From contig NZ_WOTO01000006.1 in assembly GCF_010993775.1 (NCBI RefSeq), positions 79,273 through 143,272 of the forward strand: a stretch of 64,000 bases of DNA, written 5' to 3'. Each line of letters begins with the position of its first letter. The stretch's first letter is position 1. Shown here one piece after another: positions 21,402 to 31,420 of this stretch. This DNA comes from Fodinicola feengrottensis. GTDB taxonomy: Bacteria > Actinomycetota > Actinomycetes > Mycobacteriales > HKI-0501. A program made the translations under genes and the position numbers. The notes below the pieces were generated by a model, which made no database searches, had not been told where the DNA came from, and worked only from the letters and a program-made list of their open reading frames with translations.

Positions 21402-22871
21402 TCAGCGCAGAACGTTGTCGATTTCGAACGTCTGAACGGTGTTTGTGCCAAACCAGCAGCGGAAACCCTTGCCGGACAACGATGTGTCGGAATAGGCCTG
21501 ATACGCGTCGCCGCCGTCGGTCTGGGTGACCCAGCGGCGGACCTGGCCGAGATCGCCCACCACCGTCCCGAAAGCGGACAGGTCATAGGAAACCCACTGC
21601 GCGGTGCCCAAGTTCGCGGTAACCAGGACCAGCTTCCGGGTGGCCTGATCGTACGCAGCGACGGTGTTCGGGTCCGCGCTGCGGATCACCTGCATGCCCG
21701 GCCGGATGTGCCGGCTGTAATGGGCCAGCACATAGAACTTGCGGCGCACCGTGCCGACGGTGCCGGCGGTTTCGTCGGCGTCCAGCAGGCCCCAGTCCGA
21801 GCCGTCCAGCACCTGCCAGTAAACCCAGGCGCTGGGATGCAGCCAATACATGTCCAGGTTGATATTGCTGGCCATGCTCAGACCGGTCGCGTCGTTTTCG
21901 CCGTACTCGGAATTCCAGAGTTTCTTGCCGGCCGCGACGACGACGTCGTTGTAGAGCAGGTCACGGCGGCCGCCGCCCTGCTGATAGCCGTGCACGTTGA
22001 CCCGGCCGACGCTGCCTTTGGCCTGGCTGCTGAAACCTCCCCAGGTGGCGCGGGCCTGGTCGTACGTGTTTTCGTCGGAGGCGGCCACCATCGTGCTGGT
22101 CAGGCCGCGGCTGTCCAGCTCTCGGCGGAGGCCTCCGACCACGGTTTGTTGAGTGGAGGCGCCGAAATGGCAGCCCTCCTGGGTGCCGAAGGCGGTCCAC
22201 CAAGGCGCGGCCGGCTCGTTGAAAGGCTCCACCGACGCGAAGTCGATGCCCCAGTGGTCGTGCGCGTATTTCGCGACGGTGGCGAGATAGACCGCGTGCT
22301 GCTGGTAGTTCCAGGACTGCAGGTTGTCGGTGATCCCGATCGGGGAGCCGGACGGATTGTGGTTGTAGCACATCCACCACATCGGCGAATTCGAAAACAG
22401 CTCGAAGGTGGTCGCGCCACGGTCGCGGGCCTTGCCCATGATCGCCCGCTGGCCGGCATCGGCCAGCCAGTTCCAGCTCGCCGAACTCGGGTCCGCACTC
22501 GTCCAGTCCAGCCAGTAACCCTCCATTTGCCGGCTCGCTGGGATATTGGACGACGGCACCATCGTGGACCCGTCGCTGGTTTTCGCCGCCGTACAAGCGC
22601 CAGCGTTGTAGCGCACGACAGTCAGCCCCAAACCGGGGAACAGATTGCCCTCGTACGACACTTGGTTGGTGGTGAACAGCAGGTCAGCGAGGTCGTCCCG
22701 GGTGCCGTACGCCTTGCCCCACCAGCACAGCGAAGTGCCCCAGCCTTCCCAGACACACCATGTCGTCTTCGGGTCGATCGCGACCGACATGTCGGCCTCG
22801 GTGGACACCGGCGGCACCAGCACACTCAGGGCTGCGGCGCTGGACGAAGCGAGGAAGGTCCGGCGGTCCAT
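21402..22871 (-). CDS. Tat-secreted glycoside hydrolase, GH30-like (endo-beta-1,6-galactanase-like)
   Basis: Twin-arginine signal MDRRTFLASSSAAALS. A 489-aa Trp/Tyr-rich (beta/alpha)8-type glycosidase whose length and architecture match bacterial GH30_5 galactanases. The family call is by recollection, not by alignment. Confidence 0.5.
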   Translation of the reverse strand: MDRRTFLASSSAAALSVLVPPVSTEADMSVAIDPKTTWCVWEGWGTSLCWWGKAYGTRDDLADLLFTTNQVSYEGNLFPGLGLTVVRYNAGACTAAKTSDGSTMVPSSNIPASRQMEGYWLDWTSADPSSASWNWLADAGQRAIMGKARDRGATTFELFSNSPMWWMCYNHNPSGSPIGITDNLQSWNYQQHAVYLATVAKYAHDHWGIDFASVEPFNEPAAPWWTAFGTQEGCHFGASTQQTVVGGLRRELDSRGLTSTMVAASDENTYDQARATWGGFSSQAKGSVGRVNVHGYQQGGGRRDLLYNDVVVAAGKKLWNSEYGENDATGLSMASNINLDMYWLHPSAWVYWQVLDGSDWGLLDADETAGTVGTVRRKFYVLAHYSRHIRPGMQVIRSADPNTVAAYDQATRKLVLVTANLGTAQWVSYDLSAFGTVVGDLGQVRRWVTQTDGGDAYQAYSDTSLSGKGFRCWFGTNTVQTFEIDNVLR

Positions 22872-22972
22872 GTGGGCTCCCGTCGGTCGGATTTCAACTT
22901 CCTACACGTACCAGAATTGGCCGACTTGTTCCATAGTCCGACGGGTTCGCACACAGAAAAACTACGTGAGGA

Positions 22973-24799
22973 GTGTTTGCGGTGTTCACCACTCGACCCG
23001 AGCTGACTGGCGACCATGGAATGGTGGCCAGTACGCACTGGCTTGCCTCCGCTGTGGGCATGAGTGTGCTCGAACGCGGCGGAAATGCTTTTGACGCGGC
23101 GGCCGCGGCCGGTTTTGTCTTGCAGGTGGTCGAACCACACCTGAACGGGCCAGGCGGCGAGGTGCCGATCCTGCTGTGGAGCGAGGCCGCGCGGCGAGTT
23201 TCGGTGATCTGCGGACAAGGGGTGGCGCCGGCCGCCGCGACGATCGAGCGGATGACCGCGCTCGGGCTGGACATCATGCCGGGCACCGGCCTGCTGGCCG
23301 CGACCGTGCCGGGCGCCTTCGGTGGCTGGCTGCGAATGTTACGTGAGCACGGCACATGGTCGCTTCGGGACGTGCTGGAGCCGGCGATTTCGTACGCTGA
23401 CAAGGGTTTCCCCGCCGTCGCCGGCATTGTGAACACGATCGGGGTGGTCGAGCGGCTGTTGCGTACGGACTGGCCGACGTCCGCGCAGATCTGGCTGCCC
23501 GGCGGTGCGGTGCCAGCTGAAGGCGACCGGCTGCGCAATCCGACGCTTGCCCGTACGTACGAACGAGTTCTGGAGCAAGCCGAGTCGGTCACCGCCGACC
23601 GGGACGGCCAGCTGGCCGCCGCTGTGCAGGCTTGGTACGGCGGGTTCGTCGCGGACGAGATTGCTCGATTCTGCGCGGAAACTCAGTGGCCGGACACCTC
23701 CGGTGAGTCGCATGGTGGGCTGCTCACCGGCGACGATCTGGCCGGCTGGGAGGCGACCGTCGAGGAACCGGTCACGCTGGATTACCACGGTTACACGGTT
23801 TGCAAGACCGGACCCTGGGGACAGGGGCCGGTTTTCCTGCAGCAGCTGGGATTGCTTCGCAGCTTCGATCTCGCCGCGATGGATCTGCGCAGCGCCGACT
23901 ACGTCCACACCGTGATCGAGTGCGCCAAACTTGCCTTCGCCGACCGGGAGGCCTTCTACGGCGACCCGAACTTTGTTGACGTACCGCTGAAGGCGCTGCT
24001 GTCCGAGGCGTATTCGCGCACCAGGGCCGCTTTGGTGAGTGAAACGGCGAATACCGAGCTGCGGCCCGGGCGGCCGGATGGGCGACAGCCGGTGCTGCCC
24101 TCGGTGCGTACCGACCTGACCGCTGACCCGAGCCAGGGTGTCAGCGACGCGCCGATGCCGGACGGGGTGGGGGAGCCCACCCTGGGATCCGACGGCCGAG
24201 TCCGCGGCGACACCTGCCACCTGGATGTGGCCGACCGGTTCGGCAACATGGTGTCCGCCACGCCCAGCGGCGGCTGGCTGCAGAGCTCGCCGGTGATCCC
24301 GGCGCTCGGCTTCTGCCTGGGCACCCGCGGCCAGATGTTCCGGCTCCAGGAAGGCCTCCCATCGACGCTGCGGCCGGGATCGCGGCCGCGTACGACCCTG
24401 ACGCCGTCCTTCGCGCTGCGGGAGGGGCGGCCGTGGCTGGCCTTTGGTACGCCCGGCGGCGACCAGCAGGACCAATGGAGCCTGCAGCTCTTCCTCTCTC
24501 TCGTACACGGCGGGATGAACCTCCAGGAGGCCATCGACGCGCCGGCGTTCCACAGCGTGCACTTCCCGAGCTCGTTCTATCCGCGGCTGGCCCAGCCGGG
24601 CCAGATGGTGGTCGAGGACCGGATCGGCGAGCCGGTGATCGCCGAGCTGCGCCGCCGCGGTCACGCGGTCACCGTCGAGGGGCCGTGGACGCTGGGCCGG
24701 CTGTCCGCGGTCGCGCGGGACGCGGACTTCCCTGGCAGAGGTTTCCTGCGTGCGGCCGCCAATCCGCGAGGTGCGCAGGGGTACGCCGCCGGGCGATGA
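22973..24799 (+). CDS. ggt: gamma-glutamyltransferase family protein
   Basis: 608 aa, apparently intact. N-terminal ...GMVASTHWLASAVG... and the autoprocessing region ...DTCHLDVADRFGNMVSATPSGG... with a GGT-like layout. Confidence 0.85.
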   Translation: MFAVFTTRPELTGDHGMVASTHWLASAVGMSVLERGGNAFDAAAAAGFVLQVVEPHLNGPGGEVPILLWSEAARRVSVICGQGVAPAAATIERMTALGLDIMPGTGLLAATVPGAFGGWLRMLREHGTWSLRDVLEPAISYADKGFPAVAGIVNTIGVVERLLRTDWPTSAQIWLPGGAVPAEGDRLRNPTLARTYERVLEQAESVTADRDGQLAAAVQAWYGGFVADEIARFCAETQWPDTSGESHGGLLTGDDLAGWEATVEEPVTLDYHGYTVCKTGPWGQGPVFLQQLGLLRSFDLAAMDLRSADYVHTVIECAKLAFADREAFYGDPNFVDVPLKALLSEAYSRTRAALVSETANTELRPGRPDGRQPVLPSVRTDLTADPSQGVSDAPMPDGVGEPTLGSDGRVRGDTCHLDVADRFGNMVSATPSGGWLQSSPVIPALGFCLGTRGQMFRLQEGLPSTLRPGSRPRTTLTPSFALREGRPWLAFGTPGGDQQDQWSLQLFLSLVHGGMNLQEAIDAPAFHSVHFPSSFYPRLAQPGQMVVEDRIGEPVIAELRRRGHAVTVEGPWTLGRLSAVARDADFPGRGFLRAAANPRGAQGYAAGR

Positions 24800-24984
24800 G
24801 TTTTCCGGCGTACCGGAGTCTGTATTGATGTGACGGAACAAGTGTTAGCTGGCTCACTTTTCGCCAGTGAAATATTCCGTCGCGCCACGTCGATTAACCA
24901 GAAAAGATCTAGCTAGGGCTTTCTTGTCGTACCCCCGTGCGACGGTGTGTTGTCGAGAAATTTTCACTGGAAAGGGCGGCCACG

Positions 24985-26298
24985 GTGACCAGCGTCAAGA
25001 CATCCCAGCCGACAGTCACGGCGACCGGCCGACCACGCGTCGGGGTTGGTGCTGCTGCTGGGGGCGATCACCATCTTGGGGCCGCTGTCCATCGATCTCT
25101 ACCTGCCGGCGTTCCCGACCATTCAGCACGAGCTGGGCGCGAGCGAGGCGTCGGTGCAGCTGACGCTGACCGGATTCCTGGTCGGGCTGGCGCTCGGTCA
25201 GCCGATTTCCGGCCCGCTCTCGGACGCGATCGGACGGCGCCGGCATGATGCTGATCGGGCTCACCATCTACCTGGCGATGTCGGTGCTGTTGGCCGTCTC
25301 GCCGAGCATCGAGATCCTGATCGGCGCCCGGTTCCTGCAGGGTGTGGCCGGCGCGTTCGGCGTCGCGGTCGCGATGGGCATGGTCCGCGACCTGGCCGCC
25401 GGGGCCGCCGCGGCCCGGCTGCTGTCCACCATGATGCTGGTGACCGGCCTCGGCCCGATCCTCGCGCCGATGATCGGCGGCCAGTTGCTGAGGCTGGTCG
25501 ACTGGCGCGGCGTGTTCTGGTTCCTGGCCGTGGTCGCGTTGGGGCTGTTGGCCACCGCGTATTTCGCGATTCCGGAGACCCTGCCCGCGGACCGCCGGAC
25601 GACCGGCGGCGTTCGTACGGCCCTGCGCAGCTACCGGGTGCTGATCACCGACCGCATCTACGTCGGCTACGCGCTGACCAACGGCCTGATGTTCGGCGCT
25701 GTCTTCGGCTACATAGCCGCCGCGTCCTTCGTCTACCAGGGCATTTACCACCTGACCCCGCAGGCGTACGGCGTCGCGGCTGGCATCAACGCGCTCGGAA
25801 TGGTCGCGATGACCCAGGTCAACGGCCGGCTGGTCAGCTACTTCGCCCCCCCGCCGGCTGCTGATCGTCGGCGTGGTCATCGCCACCCTCTCCGGCGCGG
25901 TGCTGCTCGGCATCGCCACCACTCGTCCCAGCAGCGTGTGGTGGATCGCGGTGCCGCTGTTCGTGATGGTCGCGAGCATCGGCCTGGTGATGCCCAACGG
26001 GATGGCGATGGCCCTGAACGACTACCCGAAATCCGCCGGCACCGGCGCCGCTCTGATGGGCGCCAGCCAGTTCGTGCTCGGTGGCGCTGTGACCGCTCTT
26101 ATGGGCTTGGGTGGCAGCTCTACGGCGATCCCGATGGCTGGATTCATCGCCGGCCTGACGCTGTTGTCGTTGACCGCCCAACTCGTCCTGGCCCGACCCC
26201 GGTCCGGCCGTGCGGCGGCGGCTGCTCGACAGCGAGTATTGCTGCGATACGAGCCCGCGACTCATGAGTCTGAAGTGGCTGCCGAGGCGCGAGCTTAG
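24985..26298 (+). CDS. MFS transporter, Bcr/CflA drug-resistance subfamily (three frameshifts)
   Basis: Twelve-TM MFS pieced together from ORFs 24937.., 25046.., 25245.. and 25873..26298. Contains ...LGAITILGPLSIDLYLPAFPTIQHELG... typical of Bcr/CflA. Confidence 0.7.
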
Positions 26299-26312
26299 GC
26301 CTCCGGTCCGCA

Positions 26313-26915
26313 CTAGGCAGTCGGCCCGGTGAGGCATTGCTGCAAGGTCGGTCCGATCCTCGCGACCAGTTCGTCGACGGACGCGCTGGCAACGGGCTCC
26401 ATGCGTACGACGTAGCGCGCCACGGCGACGCCCAGGATGAAGGCATTGACAGTCCCGACCCGCATCGCCGCATCTGGAGCGTCGAGCATCGCCATCAATC
26501 GGTCGGTAAGTTCCCGGTCGATGAATTCGCGCAGCAATACCTCGGACTCGTCATGATGCGGAGCCGTCCGCGTCAGGATCGCCAACGGCACGTGGTCGGA
26601 CGCGTCCATGGCTTCCAAGAGGGTCCGAATGATCCGTACCCCCATGCTGTCCAAGCTGCCGGCGAAGACCGCGTGTAGCGCCGGCGCGACCTGCGGAGAC
26701 ATCTCAAGCGCGGCGCTGAAAAGGCCCTGTTTGGTGCCGAAGAAGTAATACACCATCGCCGGGTCCACGCCAGCGTTGGCGGCGACCGCGCGCACGGTGG
26801 TGCCGCTGTATCCGCGCGCGGCGAACAGGGTGCGAGCGGCGTCGAGAACTCGCTGCCTGCTCTGCGCACCGGAGCGCCAGCGTCCAGGTCGCGTCGCGGG
26901 TAGGTCGTCTGTCAT
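26313..26915 (-). CDS. TetR family transcriptional regulator
   Basis: HTH ...SGTTVRAVAANAGVDPAMVYYFFGTKQGLF. 200 aa, intact. Divergent from the monooxygenase gene. Confidence 0.8.
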   Translation of the reverse strand: MTDDLPATRPGRWRSGAQSRQRVLDAARTLFAARGYSGTTVRAVAANAGVDPAMVYYFFGTKQGLFSAALEMSPQVAPALHAVFAGSLDSMGVRIIRTLLEAMDASDHVPLAILTRTAPHHDESEVLLREFIDRELTDRLMAMLDAPDAAMRVGTVNAFILGVAVARYVVRMEPVASASVDELVARIGPTLQQCLTGPTA

Positions 26916-26982
26916 CGGTCGGAGTCTACCCGCCTTTCTTCATCATTCGGTGGTGTTTTGACCGCGGCCGCGCTAGCGTGAA

Positions 26983-27000
26983 CTTCACCAACTGGTGAAG
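26983..27000. promoter_or_regulatory. candidate TetR operator: perfect inverted repeat CTTCACCA-AC-TGGTGAAG in the TetR/monooxygenase divergent intergenic region
   Basis: An 8-bp perfect palindrome with a 2-bp spacer, read directly from the 100-bp gap 26916-27014. Confidence 0.45.
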
Positions 27001-27014
27001 AAACGAGGCCGTAC

Positions 27015-28191
27015 ATGAAAGTGATCGTGGTAGGGGCGGGCGTCGGTGGCTTGACGCTGGCCCAGGGACTCCGTCGGGAGGGAATCGAGGTCCGGGTGTA
27101 CGAACGCGACGGGCCGCAGCGGCGCCGGCAGGGTGTCAGCCTGCATCTGGATGATCGCGGGATGACAGCACTGAGTGCATGTCTTCCTCCGGCGCACCTG
27201 AAGATGGCGCAAGCCGCGATGGGCCGACAGCGGGACCGGACCCAGGGTGTTGTCCGAGGTGGCCGGCGAACTGACCGTCGTACGCAGCGAGCCACTGAAC
27301 GGCGGAGCTGGTGGGGTGCGCGCCGGCCGGCAGGTGGACCGGCCGCTGCTACGCGCGGTCTTGTTGCATGGGCTGGAGGACGCCGTACGGTTCGGCGCAC
27401 CGTTCACCCGATTCGAAACTCGTGCCAATGGCACTGTTCGGGTGTACTTCGGCGATGGAAGCGTGGACACCGCGGACGCCCTGATCGGTGCCGATGGTGT
27501 TGGATCGGCGGTCCGCCGCCAGCTCCTCCCGCAGGTGCGGGTAATCGATACGGGTAAGCGCATGCTGATGGGTGCGGCACCCTTGGCGACCGTGGCCGAC
27601 ACCGTACTTCTCACGCGGATTGGTGACAACGCCACCAGTGCGCAGGTGCGCGGCAGGATCGTGGTCCTGGGTGTTCTGCGGTTCACCGAGCCGCCAGTGA
27701 CCGCGCGGGACCGGTGGCTGCCTGACCTGCACGCCGCCGCCGTGACCGGCGCCGAGGACTACGTGATGTGGGCGATGCCCGTTACACCCGATCAGCTGGG
27801 CTCCGCCGACTCGCCGCACTCTGTGTGGCATCGAGCCCGGAGCCTGGCAAGGGGGCTTCCCGCGCCGCTGCTGGACGTCATCGACGGCGCCTGGCCGCAT
27901 GCGACGGTCGCGCTCCGGATCGGAATGATCCCTCCCACACCGGCGTGGCCGGCGGGTCCGGTGACGGTCATCGGTGACGCCATCCACGCGGCCCCCGGTT
28001 TCGGTGGCAACCTGGCGATGCGCGACGCGTACCGCCTCCGCGACGCGCTCGCCAGGACCGCCAGAGGACAAGAAGACCTGGTGGCCGCGATCGGCGCCGT
28101 CGAGCACGACATGCGTAGCGACAACCACGCCGTGAAACCAGTGTCGGCAGCGCAACACCGGAGCGCATCCCATAGCCGGTGGCATGAATGA
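27015..28191 (+). CDS. FAD-dependent monooxygenase (class A flavoprotein hydroxylase; frameshift near 27240)
   Basis: N-terminal dinucleotide fold MKVIVVGAGVGGLTLAQ...VYERD. DG fingerprint (GADGVGSAVR). The C-terminal GDAIHAAPGFGGNLAMRDA FAD-contact motif. Confidence 0.8.
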
Positions 28192-28850
28192 CTGGAATGA
28201 GTTTCCTGACCCGCAAGTCGCTGTCCCTGCTCGACACTGTCGGCGGCTGGCGCACTATCGCTGAAGCCGTCACCATCCGCGCACTGTTCCTGCTTGTTTA
28301 CCTGCGGACCGGGCAGGTGCTGCCGTCAGCACTGATCGCCGTGGGGTGTGTACTCATCATCGCGCTGATCCGGGTGATCAGGCAGCCGGAAAAGTGGTGG
28401 CGGGCAGGCATCCCGCTGGCCATCGTCGGCCTGTCCACGATCCTGGCCGGCGGCACCGGACACGCCGTCGACTTCTACCTTCCGGAAATGCTACCCGACC
28501 TGGTCCTTGGCCCTATCGTGCTGATTTCCATGCTGATCCAACTGCCGATCGTCGGTCTCATCGTCGAAACAGCGCGCGGTGACCAGCTTGGCCGGTTCAA
28601 CTGGCGGCGCGACCTCGTACGTCGACGACGCTACCAGCGGTGCACCGCGGTCTTCCTGACCAAATTCGCTCTGGCTGCCGGCGTAATGATTCCGCTGTAT
28701 GTCAGCGAAAACGTGATCGCACTGGGAATCGCGACCACCGCTGACAACCCCGGCGCTGGCCGTGTGCCTATATCTGTGCTGGCGAATCCTACGTACCCAA
28801 CAATCGACGGGGACGATCCCCGCCAGTTAGGTAGCTACCGACCACCTCGT
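28188..28850 (+). CDS. integral membrane protein of unknown function (end uncertain; ORF reads through into the convergent gene)
   Basis: Several hydrophobic helices (ALIAVGCVLIIALIRVI, PLAIVGLSTILAGG, LGPIVLISMLIQLPIVGLIV). The distal part of ORF 28188..29192 overlaps the minus-strand GT1 gene and looks like read-through. Confidence 0.3.
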
Positions 28851-29946
28851 CCGCTGGCGGAAGCGAAGCGATCTCGCGGGCCACCACCTGGGCTGCTGAA
28901 CGAAAAGACGGGTCGGCGAGCACTCGCACCACAGCCGCTCGTACGGCGTCGGGATCGGCTGGGGCGGTGCTGCCGTCGACGCCTACCCGCAGGCCTGCGC
29001 CAAGAGCCTCGACGCGGGCAGCGTTGTCGGGGTGGTCGGCGAACTGGGGGACGACGACCAGCGGGACGCCGGCTCGCAGCGCGCCCAGGACCGTACCCAT
29101 CCCGCCGTGGCACACCATCACGGCGGCCGCTCGGAGAATGTCGTCTTGGGGGACCCATTTCTCGACACGTACGTTGGCCGGTAGGTCCGTGAAGTCGGCC
29201 GCGTCGGCGCCGGTGGCGAGGACGCGGACGGGGAGGTCGGCGCGGGGCGTCGACGGTCGCGCGGAACGCCCTCTCCGCAAAGGGAATCGCGCCGGCGACC
29301 GTACCGAAGGTCACGTAGACCAACGGTTCGTCGCTCGGAGAGGCACCGGCCGGGGAGAAGACGTCGTCACGGAAGCGATGGATGGATGGGGCCGGCGACT
29401 CCTCGAAGGACGGCGGCAACAGGCTCACCGACCGCAGTGAGCGGAGGCGGTCGCCGGCCTCATCCGGCGGCAGCCCGACGGACTCTCGTACGCGCGCGAG
29501 CAGCGGTGCGCCGACCGGAATGGTGATCCTGCTGAACTTCTCCAACCCGACCAGCACCTGCAGTTGGGGCACCCCGCGCAGCTCGGCGGCCAGCGCCGAG
29601 CCGAGCTCGGCGACTTCGCGAAAGACCAGGTCAGGCCGCCACTGGTCGACGGCGGCGAGCATCCGGGGCAGGATGGCCCGCGGCGCGAGGTCGGCGCCGA
29701 TGCCAACAGTCAGCAGGTTGCCCTCGCCGGGCGGCGCTTCTTGATCTTGGCGTGCACCACCGCCAAGTCCTCGTCGGCGATGTCGTCACACGGCCAGTAC
29801 GGGTAGCCGGCCCGCTCGACCTGGCCGGCGAACGACCGCGGCGCGGCCACCAGCACCTCGTGCCCGGCTCGCCGGAACGCCGCCCCGAAGGGCAGCATCG
29901 GCTGGAAATGCCCGCTGCCGGACGTGGTCGCCATCAGGATCCGCAT
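28789..29946 (-). CDS. glycosyltransferase family 1, UDP-glycosyltransferase (macrolide-glycosyltransferase-like; two frameshifts)
   Basis: N-terminal MRILMATTSGSGHFQPMLPFGAAFRRAGHEV and C-terminal ...MVCHGGMGTVLGALRAGVPLVVVPQFADHPDNAARV are signatures of GT1 MGT/UGT enzymes. Spread over ORFs 29710..29946, 28835..29662 and 28789..29280. Confidence 0.7.
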
Positions 29947-29998
29947 GTCCCCCCATCATGCATCGCGCCTTGCCGTCAGTAGGCTTTCGGTCTACCTG

Positions 29999-30012
29999 TT
30001 GACAAATGTCAA
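29999..30012. promoter_or_regulatory. perfect palindrome TTGACA-AA-TGTCAA about 50 bp upstream of the GT1 start
   Basis: A 6-2-6 perfect inverted repeat. It also contains a consensus -35 hexamer TTGACA. Confidence 0.3.
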
Positions 30013-30200
30013 CGCGGTCCGGCGTCGACGGTTTCGACGGCCGCTTGGACGGTGGCGGCCAGGCCAGGTGGGCGCCGGCGATATGTACGGGTGTGGTCGA
30101 GCGAAGGCGGGCTGGTTTTGATCTAGGTATTACTACGGATGCTCTCGGGCCGTTCTCGAGTCATGGTTGATTCGGAAACAATGGCAAGGAGAGCGAGCAG

Positions 30201-30436
30201 ATGACTACAACCGCTAAACAATGTGACGTGGCCGACATTTGGTGGGGGCCATGACCGAGCCGCATAACCACAATCAGGCCGACACCGCTGTCAGCGACTG
30301 GGCGTGGATTCTCACCAATCCCGATGTCAATCACAGCCAGGCTGAGGTTCCCGCGGCCATCGAGTGGGAATGGTTGCTGCGGCAGGAGCCGAACAATCAC
30401 AGCCAGGCTGGTGTGGCGAAAAGCTCCGGGCGATAA
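30201..30436 (+). CDS. small ORF(s): a 17-aa ORF with a strong SD, possibly fused by a G-run indel to a Trp-rich tandem-repeat ORF (30239..30436)
   Basis: AAGGAGA sits 7 nt upstream of ATG 30201. The ORF MTTTAKQCDVADIWWGP* stops right after a G5 run. The adjacent frame encodes two copies of a W-x-W...NHSQA motif, with a DNA repeat caatcacagccaggctg occurring twice. Confidence 0.25.
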
Positions 30437-30444
30437 AACCCGCC

Positions 30445-31368
30445 ATGATCACGAATGACGAGTTGGGTGCGGCGAAAGAGGCAAACGCGCGGGCTCGGGA
30501 GTTTTACGTGCAGGGGCGGCCGGCGCTAGCTTTCGCGCCGGCCAAGGCCGCGCTAGCGGCATGGGAAAATGTACGTGGCGCGGAACACGCCGAGGTTGCC
30601 CATATGTGCATCGGGTTGAGCGCTATCTGCGAACAGCTGTCGCGATATGACGACGCAGAGTCGTACGCTCAACGGGCTGCTGCGATCACTGAATCGCTCG
30701 GCACCACGTGTGATACGCGGCTGCGGGTTCACGCGCTGGCCAGGCTGGCCGTGATGGAAAGAATTGGCAACCGACTGGACTCGGCGGCGGCGCTTTACCA
30801 GTCGGCCCTTTCGCAAGTCGAGATGAGCCAGGACCGGGTCACCCTACTGTGCGGTTTAGGTGTCGTCTACAAATACGCCAAACGTTTCGACGAAGCCGAG
30901 ACTGTTTATTGGCAGGCACTGGAAATGGCGGAGCCGGACAGCTTGGCCGCCGCGTCGCTCTGGCACAACCTCGGTGGCTTGGAGCATTCTCGCGGCCGGT
31001 ACGCGGCCGGCGAGCCGGCGGCCCGCAGGTCGGTCAGGATTCGCGCCAAACTGCTTGGTCTGGACCATCCGATCGTGGCCGCTGACCAGGCCGCATTGGC
31101 GTCGTTGTTGGCGGGACAGAAAAAGTACGACGAAGCTGAGCGGCTTTACCTGCGGGCATTGGCCACCTTCCAGCGCGTGTACGACGCGGACAACTACGAG
31201 CTGGCCGTGACATTCAACGATCTCGGCGTACTCAAAGCAGCACAGGGTCGTCCCGAGCAGGCTCGGCGGTATTACCAGAAAGCCATCAGGATCAAGCGGA
31301 AAATCCTGGGTCCAGAGCACCCAGATCTCGCGCTGACCGAGCGAAACCTGCGCTGCCTCGCGGCTTGA
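30445..31368 (+). CDS. tetratricopeptide repeat protein (TPR_10/TPR_12-like)
   Basis: Repeated 34-aa TPR units (...AESYAQRAAAITESLG..., ...AETVYWQALEMAEPDS..., ...AERLYLRALATFQRVY..., ...ARRYYQKAIRIKRKILG...). Confidence 0.7.
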   Translation: MITNDELGAAKEANARAREFYVQGRPALAFAPAKAALAAWENVRGAEHAEVAHMCIGLSAICEQLSRYDDAESYAQRAAAITESLGTTCDTRLRVHALARLAVMERIGNRLDSAAALYQSALSQVEMSQDRVTLLCGLGVVYKYAKRFDEAETVYWQALEMAEPDSLAAASLWHNLGGLEHSRGRYAAGEPAARRSVRIRAKLLGLDHPIVAADQAALASLLAGQKKYDEAERLYLRALATFQRVYDADNYELAVTFNDLGVLKAAQGRPEQARRYYQKAIRIKRKILGPEHPDLALTERNLRCLAA

Positions 31369-31371
31369 GGC

Positions 31372-31404
31372 AAAAAAGAAAGACCCGGCGCCACCGGCGC
31401 CGGG
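31372..31404 (-). terminator. intrinsic terminator downstream of the flotillin-like gene
   Basis: Perfect 9-bp stem cccggcgcc/ggcgccggg with a 3-nt loop, followed on the minus strand by TCTTTCTTTTTT. Confidence 0.5.
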
Positions 31405-31420
31405 CCCTCCTGGAGAGAAA

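Noticed and set aside
24800-24990. AT-richer 190-bp region upstream of the MFS gene containing the small palindromes agatct/ctagctag, initially considered a possible ncRNA.
   Set aside because: No extended stable structure or conserved motif is recognisable. It is most simply the promoter/operator region of the MFS transporter gene.
28850-29192. C-terminal extension of the membrane-protein ORF 28188..29192.
   Set aside because: It overlaps the convergent GT1 gene and becomes Arg/Pro/Gly-rich, which looks like read-through caused by a missing stop or frameshift.
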